Shown here: piece after piece, positions 20,375 through 31,415 of the stretch
Layout: each line of letters opens with the position of its first letter
Numbering within the stretch: position 1 is the first letter of the stretch
Origin: Methanomethylovorans hollandica DSM 15978
Lineage (GTDB): Archaea > Halobacteriota > Methanosarcinia > Methanosarcinales > Methanosarcinaceae
Length of the DNA: 64,000 nt
Reading direction: 5' to 3'
NCBI RefSeq assembly: GCF_000328665.1
Contig: NC_019977.1
Location: 1-64,000, forward strand
Notes under the pieces: model-generated
What the model saw: the letters and a program-made list of their open reading frames with translations, nothing else
Told to the model about the DNA's origin: nothing
The model's database searches: none
Position numbers and translations under genes: made by a program

Positions 20375-21424
20375 CTATCCTAGTAAATTGTTGAAATCTG
20401 ATTGTGCAGCTGGTTCCATTCCCATGGTCCTGAGCTTTTCTACCACGCTCTTAGGGTCCCTCTTTCTCTCTTCATGTTTGCGGTCATAGTTTGCCACACC
20501 CTCAAGTGGAGAATCTGAAGGAATTATAGATGTTACCACATTAGCACCTGCATTTAAGCGGTATACCATACCTTCAATGCCTTCTACGTCAAGAGATGCA
20601 GGTATAAGTCTATCTGGGAACATCAGCCTTAATACTGATATTATCTTGAGTTCTGACAGGTTTGATTCCTGCACTTTTTTCTCAAGAGGGGTTCCTTCCT
20701 GGGGAATGAAGGTCATCACCCGGACCATCTGAGGATTCTCTTTTGCCATGCTCCTCAGAGAAATTAGTGTTGATTCGACATCATTACCCACACCTGTGAG
20801 CAGCCCATCCTCAACACAGTAACCTATCGTCTGAGCAAATTCACGGGCATGCATCCGGTCTGAGAAGGATTGCCCGACTCTCAGCTTCTCATAGAGTTCT
20901 TGATCATAAGTTTCCTGATACAAGGCTAAGAAGTTAGCACCATGCTCCCGCAGCATTTTCAGTGTTTTGTCATCCAGCACCCCTGGGGATATCATGACTG
21001 GAAGACCGAGTTCCTCTTTGACTATATCTATGACCTTAGCGAATTGTCTAGGATTTTCATGAAAGTACGGGTCTTCCCCCATGGTGAGGTCCACCATGTG
21101 GATCTGTTCTCCTTTAAGTTTCCTGCATATATTACGGATATCTTCAAGTTCCAGCCGGTACCTGTTGATCTTGTTCATTGTGTTGTAGTAACAGAATGCA
21201 CACCTGTTCTTACAGTGTGTGGAAAAGTAGACGAAACTGTAGAGGAACACCTTGTTCCCGAAATAGTGATCTCTAACTTTCCTTGCTACATAATGAAGCT
21301 TTTCAAGTTCTGTACTGTCCGTAATCAAAAGCATTTCCCGAAGTTCATCTTCAGGTATTTCTATTCTATTTATGACCTTTAGTGCATATGCATCAAGGTC
21401 ATTTTTGTCCATATTAGTGAACAT
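20375..21424 (-). CDS. pylB: Methylornithine synthase (radical SAM)
   Basis: CKNRCAFC motif, DLTMGEDP, IPASLD. Start set at ATG 21424 after the pylS stop. Ends in TAG. Confidence 0.95.
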   Translation of the reverse strand: MFTNMDKNDLDAYALKVINRIEIPEDELREMLLITDSTELEKLHYVARKVRDHYFGNKVFLYSFVYFSTHCKNRCAFCYYNTMNKINRYRLELEDIRNICRKLKGEQIHMVDLTMGEDPYFHENPRQFAKVIDIVKEELGLPVMISPGVLDDKTLKMLREHGANFLALYQETYDQELYEKLRVGQSFSDRMHAREFAQTIGYCVEDGLLTGVGNDVESTLISLRSMAKENPQMVRVMTFIPQEGTPLEKKVQESNLSELKIISVLRLMFPDRLIPASLDVEGIEGMVYRLNAGANVVTSIIPSDSPLEGVANYDRKHEERKRDPKSVVEKLRTMGMEPAAQSDFNNLLG

Positions 21425-21434
21425 TGAGATCCCC

Positions 21435-22843
<1,409 letters not shown>

Positions 22844-22910
22844 TTGTTTATAGCGACTTACTTTCAAGTTTCACAAACCATTAGATATATTTGTCGCTTA
22901 AAAAAAGCAC

Positions 22911-22922
22911 TATTTATATTTT
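22911..22922 (-). promoter_or_regulatory. Putative BRE/TATA promoter for pylSBCD
   Basis: AAAATATAAATA on the minus strand, identical to the box ~30 nt upstream of pylT (23102-23113). Confidence 0.5.
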
Positions 22923-23000
22923 CTGCAATAAGCTAAAAAAAATAAAGTTGCCAAGTGATAAAGGCAAGAAAAAGAAAATACATGTCAATAGAACAAAAGA

Positions 23001-23072
23001 TGGCGGAAACCCCGGGAATTTAACCCGGCTGAACGGATTTAGAGTCCATTTGATCAACATGATCCGGTTTCC
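23001..23072 (-). tRNA. pylT: tRNA-Pyl (anticodon CUA)
   Basis: GGAAACCGGATCATGTTGATCAAATGGACT-CTA-AATCCGTTCAGCCGGGTTAAATTCCCGGGGTTTCCGCCA: 72 nt, short D-loop, 6-bp anticodon stem, encoded CCA. Confidence 0.97.
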
Positions 23073-23148
23073 ATTTAATCAAATGTAATCGCTTTATTTG
23101 ATATTTATATTTTGTGGTTATCTTCCTTAATCAAAAATAAAAAAAGGA

Positions 23149-25080
23149 TCAGGATTTCTTACCAACCTTCAGACTTCCCACTCCCATGAACACAAGTTTT
23201 GTTTCAATGGGGACAGGGCTTCCTTCATGTAGATTTATATCTTCCCTGGACATATCTATTCTCACATCGTTCCAGTCCATATCAGCTTCTCTCATATAAT
23301 CCATGACCAGATTTTCTCCTACATGTTCAGCATACTTAAGAGCTTCTCCATGAGTCGAAAACTCCTCAAATCCTCCGGGAGTGAACACAAGGAAAAATCT
23401 TTGTTTCTCCCTGAATACAGCTTTGATGAGAATTTGTATTCTCTTGACACCCTGTCCTACCAATGCACCTACAGCGTTACCGACTTCTGCAAAAGGTGGT
23501 AATATTATCTCTGCATCGATGATGCTCTGCATCTGCTGCACATAGGCCCTCACCGGTCCACCCAACAATACAACAGGTACAGAAAGCCTGAACTTAGAGA
23601 AGAACTCACCTCTGAGTATTTTTTCTATCTCTTTTCCGTTAACTCCTTTAAGCATGTAGGACATCAGGTTCAAGGCCATGTTGTAGGCAACTTCTTTCTT
23701 TATATGCTCAGCAAGTTCCTGCTCGTTCATTTGTACAAGCCTTGACATAATAGTTGCACCTATGAACGAAGCTTCCTTATCCCATTCATTGTAATCATCC
23801 AATATATGCAGTGCATCTGTGGGTGTGAACCCAATGGCTTGTATAAGCCTTTTCTTAATAAGGTAATCCAGATGTTCTACTGATACAGGACGACCGAACT
23901 TCCAATAAATATCGCTTATTGATACCGGTTCATTACCTATTGTACTAAGTATATCCTGTTCATACGAACTGAGTTTTACCGGCTCTTTTCCTGTGCGTAC
24001 GAAGAACTTGGTCGGTTGCACGTTCTCTCCGAGTTCCACACGTGCAGGAGTGCGTCCCATTTTCAGTGTTTCCTTGAAACCCGGATACTGAACAGCAGCC
24101 ACACACAGAGGTATTACCCTGCGCGGCCCGATGTTTATCTTCCTGTTCTTTATCCATACGTGACTATCCCCCCCCATGGCAGATGTTTCCATCCGGATAG
24201 CTTTAACTTTTGTATTCCAGCCACCTACTTTAGCACCATCTTCGCAGAGTTCGGGCAGTCCTTTATACAAGAGAGAAACATCAGTACTTGTACCGCCCAC
24301 ATCTATCACTGCACATGTGTCCCTCTCGGACAGGAAGGAAGCTCCTACAAGGCTTGCTGCAGGACCTGTAAAAATGGACTCTATAGGTTTCTGGATGGCT
24401 TCTTTGATATTTATTAACGAACCATCACATTTCAGCATCATGAGCTTTGCGTTGATACCTCTTCTCTCAATATCAGATACAATTGCATCGATGAACTGAC
24501 GGGCAATGGGTATGAGCTGGGCGTTAAGATAGGCTGTAATACCTCTGTCATAGGCTCCCAGGTCCTGCGAGAGCTCATGTCCGCATACCACAGGCATCCC
24601 TGTTGCTTTTACTATGTGATCTTTAATCTGCAATTCATGTTCAGGGTTACGCACACTGAAGTATGAAGAAACTGCAAAAGCGGATACATTATCCTTCACC
24701 CTGTTCACAAATTCTGTTACTGCCTCTATATCAAGAGCATCTGCTTCAGCTCCGGTAGCAGTATGTCCTCCTCTGACCATCACATATTCCTGGACAGACG
24801 TGTCTTGGGGTACCAGATAATTACCCACAAGGATAAGACCTACCGGATAGCCTGTTCGCTCAAGTATTGTATTAGTTGCTAAGGTCGTGGATACTGAGAC
24901 GAGCTTTATATCTTTCAGGTATTGAGGGTCCAGGCCATCTATAGCGTTCTCGATGCCCTCAAGCAATTCAGGATAAGTAGTAAGGGCTTTGTATGAAGCC
25001 ATAACTTTCTTGTCAGAGTTCCTTATGATCACTGCATCTGTATAAGTGCCACCTGCATCAATGCCCAGACTATATTGCAT
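23149..25080 (-). CDS. Hydantoinase/oxoprolinase-family ASKHA ATPase
   Basis: LGIDAGGTYTDA, STTLATN, SIFTGPAAS, DVGGTSTD, FTPTDALH, GNAVGA. Start set at MQYSLG. Confidence 0.88.
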   Translation of the reverse strand: MQYSLGIDAGGTYTDAVIIRNSDKKVMASYKALTTYPELLEGIENAIDGLDPQYLKDIKLVSVSTTLATNTILERTGYPVGLILVGNYLVPQDTSVQEYVMVRGGHTATGAEADALDIEAVTEFVNRVKDNVSAFAVSSYFSVRNPEHELQIKDHIVKATGMPVVCGHELSQDLGAYDRGITAYLNAQLIPIARQFIDAIVSDIERRGINAKLMMLKCDGSLINIKEAIQKPIESIFTGPAASLVGASFLSERDTCAVIDVGGTSTDVSLLYKGLPELCEDGAKVGGWNTKVKAIRMETSAMGGDSHVWIKNRKINIGPRRVIPLCVAAVQYPGFKETLKMGRTPARVELGENVQPTKFFVRTGKEPVKLSSYEQDILSTIGNEPVSISDIYWKFGRPVSVEHLDYLIKKRLIQAIGFTPTDALHILDDYNEWDKEASFIGATIMSRLVQMNEQELAEHIKKEVAYNMALNLMSYMLKGVNGKEIEKILRGEFFSKFRLSVPVVLLGGPVRAYVQQMQSIIDAEIILPPFAEVGNAVGALVGQGVKRIQILIKAVFREKQRFFLVFTPGGFEEFSTHGEALKYAEHVGENLVMDYMREADMDWNDVRIDMSREDINLHEGSPVPIETKLVFMGVGSLKVGKKS

Positions 25081-25150
25081 ATTTTCCCTCTCTACTATTC
25101 TATAGTTTGATGTGTTCAAATCCACACATTAAATAACCTTTATTTACCCT

Positions 25151-27073
25151 TTACTGCCCTATACCAAGGAAACTCAGCCTTGTTTCCAGAGGTGTGGTGC
25201 CTTCTTCCAAACTTATGTCGTTACGGCTTATATTAATCTTTACTCCAGTAAGGTCCAGACAAGATGATGACATATAATCCATCACAAGTTCAGAACCGAT
25301 ATTCTCTGCATGATTTAATGCTTCAGCATAGGATGAAAACTCTTTTCTCCCACCTGGATAGAAAACAATATAAGATTTAGGTTTAGCATTATATTTAGAT
25401 TCTGATAAAGAAGCTTTTACAAGCACTTCCAGCCTTTTAATACCTTTAGCTGCAAGTGCTCCAATTGCATTGCCCACATCTGCATGTTCCGGAACAACGA
25501 TAAGAGAGTCGAAATATTTACCGAGACCATCCTTGTAAGCAGTTACAGGCCCTCCCAGCAATACAACTGGCATTTTGACCTTGATACTTGCAAAGAATTT
25601 ACCACTAATCATCTTCTTTATTTCTTTCCTATCCACATCTTCCAGCAAAAAAGCAGCAAGGTTAAGGGCTATATTGCTTGTTACTTGTTCCTTTACCCTG
25701 GAACAGAGTTCCATCTTTTCCATGCCTGCAAACCTGGACAAAACTTCAGAGCCTATATGTGCTGCTTCTACATCCCACTTTTGATATTCTCCCAGAACAT
25801 GAAGAGCATCAGTAGGTGTAAAGCCTATGGTCCTTACTAACCTTTTCTGGATGAGCATATCCATGGTCATAGGACTTGGCATTCTATTTTCGTTCCAGTA
25901 GATGTCACTCACTTTATAGGGGACATCACTGAGGCGGTCGAACAAGTCCTTTTCTTCAGGGCTCAGTTCATCAGGTATCTTTCCGCTTCTCATGAAAAAC
26001 TTCGTTGGTTGTATATTTTCCCCTATTTGATTGCGTAGGATATTTTGCTGCATCATCAGTTTTTCCTTGATCTCCGGATACTTCAATGCCGCTAAACATA
26101 AGGGTATGACCCTGCGCGGTCCTATATGTATCTCATGGTTAAGTATCCAGACGTGGCTATCTCCTCCGATAGCGGAAGTTTCCATTCTGAGGGCCTTTAC
26201 TTTTGTCTGCCACTTCCCTACAACTGCTCCCAGATCAGAGATTTCAGGAAGGCCTTCGTGCATCACAGAAACATCAGTGCTTGTTCCACCTACATCGACC
26301 ACTGCACAGGTTTCAAAACCTGAAAGATGAGACGCGCCCAATAAACTAGCTGCAGGGCCAGAAAAAATGGATTGAATAGGTTTTTTAAGTGCTTCCTCGA
26401 TGCTCACCATTGATCCGTCACATTTGAGCATCATTAGTTTTGCTTCAATGTTCCTCTTTTTGATCTCGGAAGTTACAGCCTGCATAAATTGATTAGTGAG
26501 AGGTATCAGCTGTGCATTAAGATAAGCAGTCACACCTCTTTCATAAACTCCCAGGTCCTGAGATAGTTCGTGTCCACACACAACCGGAAGGCCTGTAAGC
26601 TGCATAACACTTTCCTTTACCTGCAACTCATGTTCCGGATTACGGACACTAAAATAGGAAGATACAGCAAAAGCTGAGACCTTGTTCTTTACTTTCAGAA
26701 TGAACTCCTCTACTGGCTGGATATCCAGGGGCTCAACTTCATTGCCAGCACTGTTGTGCCCTCCTCTTATCTGGATACTGTACTCTATTTTCCTATCAGT
26801 GGGTATACCCGTTTTTCCTATCAGTATTAGACCTGCCGGATAACCCGTATTTTCAAGTATCGTGTTTGTTGCAAGAGTTGTTGAAACACATGCCAACCTC
26901 ACGTCAGAAAGTAGTTTTTGATCAAGACCGTCCAAAGCTTCACGTATTCCAAATATCAGGTCAGGGTATGTTGTCAATGCTTTGTTTGCCTGCAAGACCC
27001 TGCCATCATCACTGTTAAGAAGAACTGCATCAGTATATGTTCCTCCGGCATCTATTCCCAGACTATATCTCAT
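25151..27073 (-). CDS. Hydantoinase/oxoprolinase-family ASKHA ATPase (paralog)
   Basis: Same motif set as its neighbour, colinear over the full length. Confidence 0.88.
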   Translation of the reverse strand: MRYSLGIDAGGTYTDAVLLNSDDGRVLQANKALTTYPDLIFGIREALDGLDQKLLSDVRLACVSTTLATNTILENTGYPAGLILIGKTGIPTDRKIEYSIQIRGGHNSAGNEVEPLDIQPVEEFILKVKNKVSAFAVSSYFSVRNPEHELQVKESVMQLTGLPVVCGHELSQDLGVYERGVTAYLNAQLIPLTNQFMQAVTSEIKKRNIEAKLMMLKCDGSMVSIEEALKKPIQSIFSGPAASLLGASHLSGFETCAVVDVGGTSTDVSVMHEGLPEISDLGAVVGKWQTKVKALRMETSAIGGDSHVWILNHEIHIGPRRVIPLCLAALKYPEIKEKLMMQQNILRNQIGENIQPTKFFMRSGKIPDELSPEEKDLFDRLSDVPYKVSDIYWNENRMPSPMTMDMLIQKRLVRTIGFTPTDALHVLGEYQKWDVEAAHIGSEVLSRFAGMEKMELCSRVKEQVTSNIALNLAAFLLEDVDRKEIKKMISGKFFASIKVKMPVVLLGGPVTAYKDGLGKYFDSLIVVPEHADVGNAIGALAAKGIKRLEVLVKASLSESKYNAKPKSYIVFYPGGRKEFSSYAEALNHAENIGSELVMDYMSSSCLDLTGVKINISRNDISLEEGTTPLETRLSFLGIGQ

Positions 27074-27884
27074 TCAAGTCTGCCCTCTTTTTTGTTATAG
27101 AATCTTTTGCCCGCTGATATGACTGTTCTGCGATCCTGATAGTGCCTTGCATATCGACTATTCGGAAATCAAATGCTTGAGCAAACTCTTCCACCTTTGC
27201 ATCAAAACTCTCCTCGTAAACAAGACCTGTATTGATCTTACCTACATTCTTGTATCCTGCGTAATCGAAAACTATCTTGGTCATGACAGTGTTATCAGGG
27301 TCGTTCGTAAGACGGGCAATTACAGCCATCTCCTTCCAGAAAGCTGCACCCATGGGCGTAAGGAAATATACGCCTTCTCCACCGGTTTCTTTTAGAGCTT
27401 TAAGATATGGTTCTCTTCCTCCAAGGGAAGCGCCTATACAGTCATCGATTATCTCTCCATCTTCTTCTCTTAGAATGTGCACAGGACAAGAAAGATGTGC
27501 AAAGTCTCTGTTTAGATTGCCCAGTACATTCCCACACAAACCATAGAATACTAGGATAGTGTCGGCATACACGGACATGATGCTGATCTCTTTATACACG
27601 CTTTCTTTGAGTAATTGAGGAGATGCATCAAGGGAAAAACCAAGGATATTCACAAGAATACAATAATTTGTATCATTTGTATCTTGTTCATTATGCATTA
27701 AGTCCTCTATGTCATTTGGTGAACAAACTGTATGGTCTATATTATTTTCAGATAATTTCCTTAGAATGCCTGCGGCATCCAAGCTGTCTACAACTAGAAT
27801 TCTGGTGATCTGAGAGTCGTTCTTGATGAGGTGTACGATCTCATCCTCAAAGATTCTGCAGGCAATTATGGACATTAAAGTCAT
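27063..27884 (-). CDS. DUF1638-like protein
   Basis: IIACRIFEDE, FYGLCGN, DDCIGASLGG, YFLTP motifs; GAGGT SD before ATG 27884. Ends in TAG and overlaps the next start. Confidence 0.8.
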   Translation of the reverse strand: MTLMSIIACRIFEDEIVHLIKNDSQITRILVVDSLDAAGILRKLSENNIDHTVCSPNDIEDLMHNEQDTNDTNYCILVNILGFSLDASPQLLKESVYKEISIMSVYADTILVFYGLCGNVLGNLNRDFAHLSCPVHILREEDGEIIDDCIGASLGGREPYLKALKETGGEGVYFLTPMGAAFWKEMAVIARLTNDPDNTVMTKIVFDYAGYKNVGKINTGLVYEESFDAKVEEFAQAFDFRIVDMQGTIRIAEQSYQRAKDSITKKRADLNEI

Positions 27885-28302
27885 TAGAACCTCATATATA
27901 TTCTTATGCAGATGCGTGAACTGCACACTCACTTTGCTCGTGTGTAAAAAGCATAGTCCATATTTGCTATATATATTTACCCATTTTGGGGTTCAAACCA
28001 CTACTAATTAATGTTCTTCACGCTGTGCTAAAACTGTTAAACAATCATGTATTTATATTTTTTGATGAGCTGCTGTAAAATCATTTTCAGTTCTGAAAAA
28101 AAGAGCTAGAATGATACTGGTTATTTTTCATATTTTGTTTTTGAGCTGCCCATACTTTTTGTAAAAACAAAAAATATTTAAGTATTTGAATTATACTCCT
28201 ACGAATACCTTTAAATATGTAGTTTCTAGTTTTTTAACTTGATAATAGAGTTATTTCCATTAAAAAAAGCATATACTCATGAATTCTTATTTCACATGAT
28301 AT

Positions 28303-30897
28303 TTGGTAAAATATTGGTCCTCAGAGGTGATCATAATTTCCAAAATTACAACAGTTTCTGAATATGAAAAAAAACGTGCAGAGTACTATTTACCAGAGGA
28401 CCCCGATACAATAAAAAAGCTTGAAGCTCTTCATAAAGTAAGTCCGGTGATATCTTTCATTTGGAAAGTGGACGAAAGATGGCATGTTGAGTGGGTTTCA
28501 GAAAATATCACACAGTTAGGATACACTCCTGAAGATCTTATGTCTGGAAAAATCAATTATGCTGATATTATTCATCCGGAAGATTATGTAAAGATTAACT
28601 CAGAGGTCAAAAAACTGGTTAAAAAGGGTAATACCTCTTACTTTACTCTAGTCTACAGAATACTTTCCAAATCCGGGGAAGTGAGATATGTAACCGAAAG
28701 ATCTCTTTTAAAGAGGGATGGTAATGGAAATATTTCACGTTATCAGGGTATAATAATTGACAATACCGAAAAAGAAAAGGCAGAAAACACTTTCAGAGAT
28801 CTGGAAAGGAAATATCGTCTTATCTTTGAACGTTCTCCTCTGGGTATTCTTTGTTTTGATGAGAACGGCGCGATCATTAACTGTAATAGCGTCTGTGCAA
28901 AAATTATAGCGGATCCTAAAAGTAAGATAAATGGTCTTAGTGTACTCAAATATGTAGAAGAAGGACCTTTAAAAGCTGCTATTGATCTGGTTTTTTTGGG
29001 TGAGTCGGGTCGCTATGAAGGCGAATATATCTCCCCTGCCGGAAAGAGATCTATTATAAAAGCAGAATTTTCTCCTATAATGTCTGAGGATGGTTACCTG
29101 ATAGGAGGACTTGGACTTATCCAGGATGTAAGTGACATTCAAGAAACTGCAGAAAAGATACATCTAAACGAAGCACGTCTGGAAGCACTTCTTGAATTGT
29201 ATCAAAGGGGGAATTCCTCTATTTCAGAAATCGCTGAATTTACAATAGAGGAAGCTGTAAAACTAACACATAGTCAGGTAGGTTATCTTGGTCTGCTGAA
29301 AGCAGATAATATCCTTGAAATGTATGAATGGCCTACACAGAAAAAAAATCATGATAAAAAGGCCTGGAGATGTCCTGTAAATTCCACAGGCATGTGGGGA
29401 GAAGCGATAAGGGAAAGAGAACCTATTGTGAATAATAATCCATCTGGATCTGGTCTTACAAAAGGAATAAAACCTGAACTTGAGGGTAAAGTCAATCGTT
29501 ATATAAATGTGCCGGTGATGGATGGAGATCAGGTAGTTGCTGTTGCTGCTGTGGCCAATAAATCACAAGAATATGACAGTTCGGATGTAAGACAGATAAC
29601 GCTGCTTTTTGATGGAATGTGGAAAATTATACAGCGTAAGTTTGCTGATGAACAAATCCTTGAGACCCGCAGGATACTCAAAGTACTCGAATCAGTGATA
29701 AATGACAGCCCTGCAGTTGTCTTTATGTGGAGTCCTGAAAAAGATTGGCCAGTTAAATTTGTTTCAAAGAACATTGAACGTTTTGGCTATTTGGTAGAAG
29801 ATTTCCTTTCAGGTAAAATGATATATGGTGACATCATCCATCCTGCAGATCTCGAAAAAGTGCGTGCACAGGTAGGTAGATGTTATAAAGAAGGATATTC
29901 TGATTTCAGCCAGGAATACAGGATCCTTACCCGATCAGGTGAAGTAAGGTGGGTAGATGAAAGAACAATGATCCATCATGGTCAAAATGGAGATATTGAT
30001 TTTCTGCAGGGAATAGTCGTTGATATCACCGAGCGCAAGCAGGCAAATAACTTTGTTCGGATAGAGTATGATTTTGATGATGTCTTAAGCCCAGGTGATA
30101 ATCTTCAGGATATATTTGAAAAAATACTGGATTTTGTTCTGCAGATCAAAGCTGTGGATTGCGGAGCTATATACTTATTGGATGGTTCAAAAGGAGATCT
30201 TGAGCTTATAGCTTACCGGGGCCTGTCTGAAAAGTTCGCGGATAGTATCAGATATTTTGGTGTTAATACTATCCAAGCAAGACTTTTCACTACCGGTTAT
30301 CCTGTTTATAAGTATTTCTCTGAGATAAGTGCAATGATCAAGGAAGATTTTGATTATGAAGGCTTGCAGGCAATGGGTTTCATACCGGTACACTATAATG
30401 ACAAGATTGTTGCTGCAATGATACTCGGTTCACATAGAGAACTGGAAATACCTGCTAATTCCAGAAATGTTATTGATACTATTGCAAGTCAGTTGGGAAT
30501 GATCGTAACCCGTTTCAAAGAAGGCACTTTGATAAAGAAGGATCATGGACTGCAAGATCTTTTTGATACTATGGATGACCTTATATTCATAATGGACATG
30601 GGTGGCTTGATCATCCATACAAATCATGCTTTGCAGAAATATTTGCAGTACTCCAAAAAGGATCTCTCTAAAATGGATTTCCTGGAACTGTTCCCTCCGG
30701 GCAAAGAAAAGGAAGTACTTGAGAGTATTGATCTAGAGGGACTGATTTCAGGCAATTCTTCAAGATGTTATGTACCTCTTATGAACAGTAATCATAAATT
30801 CTTATCTGCAGACACTAAGTTCTTTGTGGGAAAATGGGGTGGGAGAGAAGTTCTGATTGGAGTATCCAGATTATCCTTGAATGAATCGGCAAATTAA
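28303..30897 (+). CDS. Cytoplasmic multi-PAS/GAF sensor with no recognisable output domain
   Basis: PAS (IIHPED, YRI..KSGEVR), PAS, GAF (VAAVANK...Y), PAS, GAF, PAS. No H-box or ATPase motifs. Start uncertain. Confidence 0.85.
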   Translation: MVKYWSSEVIIISKITTVSEYEKKRAEYYLPEDPDTIKKLEALHKVSPVISFIWKVDERWHVEWVSENITQLGYTPEDLMSGKINYADIIHPEDYVKINSEVKKLVKKGNTSYFTLVYRILSKSGEVRYVTERSLLKRDGNGNISRYQGIIIDNTEKEKAENTFRDLERKYRLIFERSPLGILCFDENGAIINCNSVCAKIIADPKSKINGLSVLKYVEEGPLKAAIDLVFLGESGRYEGEYISPAGKRSIIKAEFSPIMSEDGYLIGGLGLIQDVSDIQETAEKIHLNEARLEALLELYQRGNSSISEIAEFTIEEAVKLTHSQVGYLGLLKADNILEMYEWPTQKKNHDKKAWRCPVNSTGMWGEAIREREPIVNNNPSGSGLTKGIKPELEGKVNRYINVPVMDGDQVVAVAAVANKSQEYDSSDVRQITLLFDGMWKIIQRKFADEQILETRRILKVLESVINDSPAVVFMWSPEKDWPVKFVSKNIERFGYLVEDFLSGKMIYGDIIHPADLEKVRAQVGRCYKEGYSDFSQEYRILTRSGEVRWVDERTMIHHGQNGDIDFLQGIVVDITERKQANNFVRIEYDFDDVLSPGDNLQDIFEKILDFVLQIKAVDCGAIYLLDGSKGDLELIAYRGLSEKFADSIRYFGVNTIQARLFTTGYPVYKYFSEISAMIKEDFDYEGLQAMGFIPVHYNDKIVAAMILGSHRELEIPANSRNVIDTIASQLGMIVTRFKEGTLIKKDHGLQDLFDTMDDLIFIMDMGGLIIHTNHALQKYLQYSKKDLSKMDFLELFPPGKEKEVLESIDLEGLISGNSSRCYVPLMNSNHKFLSADTKFFVGKWGGREVLIGVSRLSLNESAN

Positions 30898-31260
30898 ATT
30901 TTTTACATATTGTTTCATGAAACAGATAAGGGCTACTATATTTATATAATTCCTACAGTCCCCTGCGCACAGGACCTTAAACTTTTATGAAGAAACTAAG
31001 AAATTAATATAAGTTATTTACTGACTTTTTTGATGAGGGGACATAAAAACAATAGGCAGAGGCTTTTTATTGGACTTTTCTTTTTCCTTAAATAAAGGAC
31101 TTATTTAAGTTGGAAGCAATAATTATTTATAGTAGTGTAATTCCATTAAATGTACTTTTGTACGAACATCAATAGCTATAAAGCATACATGTCTTTTTTA
31201 ATACATTTTATACGTGTGTAGTTATCCATTCTCTCCCCGTAATCTTTAAATAGGGTGTTC

Positions 31261-31315
31261 TATTTTTCTCTTACCAAAATATATATATAGGCGAGTTTGG
31301 AGAAAAATATATATA
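31261..31315 (+). promoter_or_regulatory. mttB promoter region with tandem TATA-like boxes and an inverted repeat
   Basis: AAAATATATATA at 31276 and 31304; TATTTTTCTC/GAGAAAAATA inverted repeat (31261-70, 31300-09). Confidence 0.5.
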
Positions 31316-31415
31316 CGAGAAAAGAGAAGCCCTGGGTAAGGATCAATGCAAGCCACAATTGTACGCTCAGATACTCAATGTTTGGCATGCATGACTGAAG
31401 TAAGGAGGAAAGAAT

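Noticed and set aside
22891..23088. 65-aa plus-strand ORF
   Set aside because: It is antisense to tRNA-Pyl and its terminator region.
30898..31260. Possible kinase domain continuing the PAS/GAF sensor by read-through or frameshift
   Set aside because: The stop is TAA and the downstream DNA is AT-rich, with no H-box or ATPase motifs seen.
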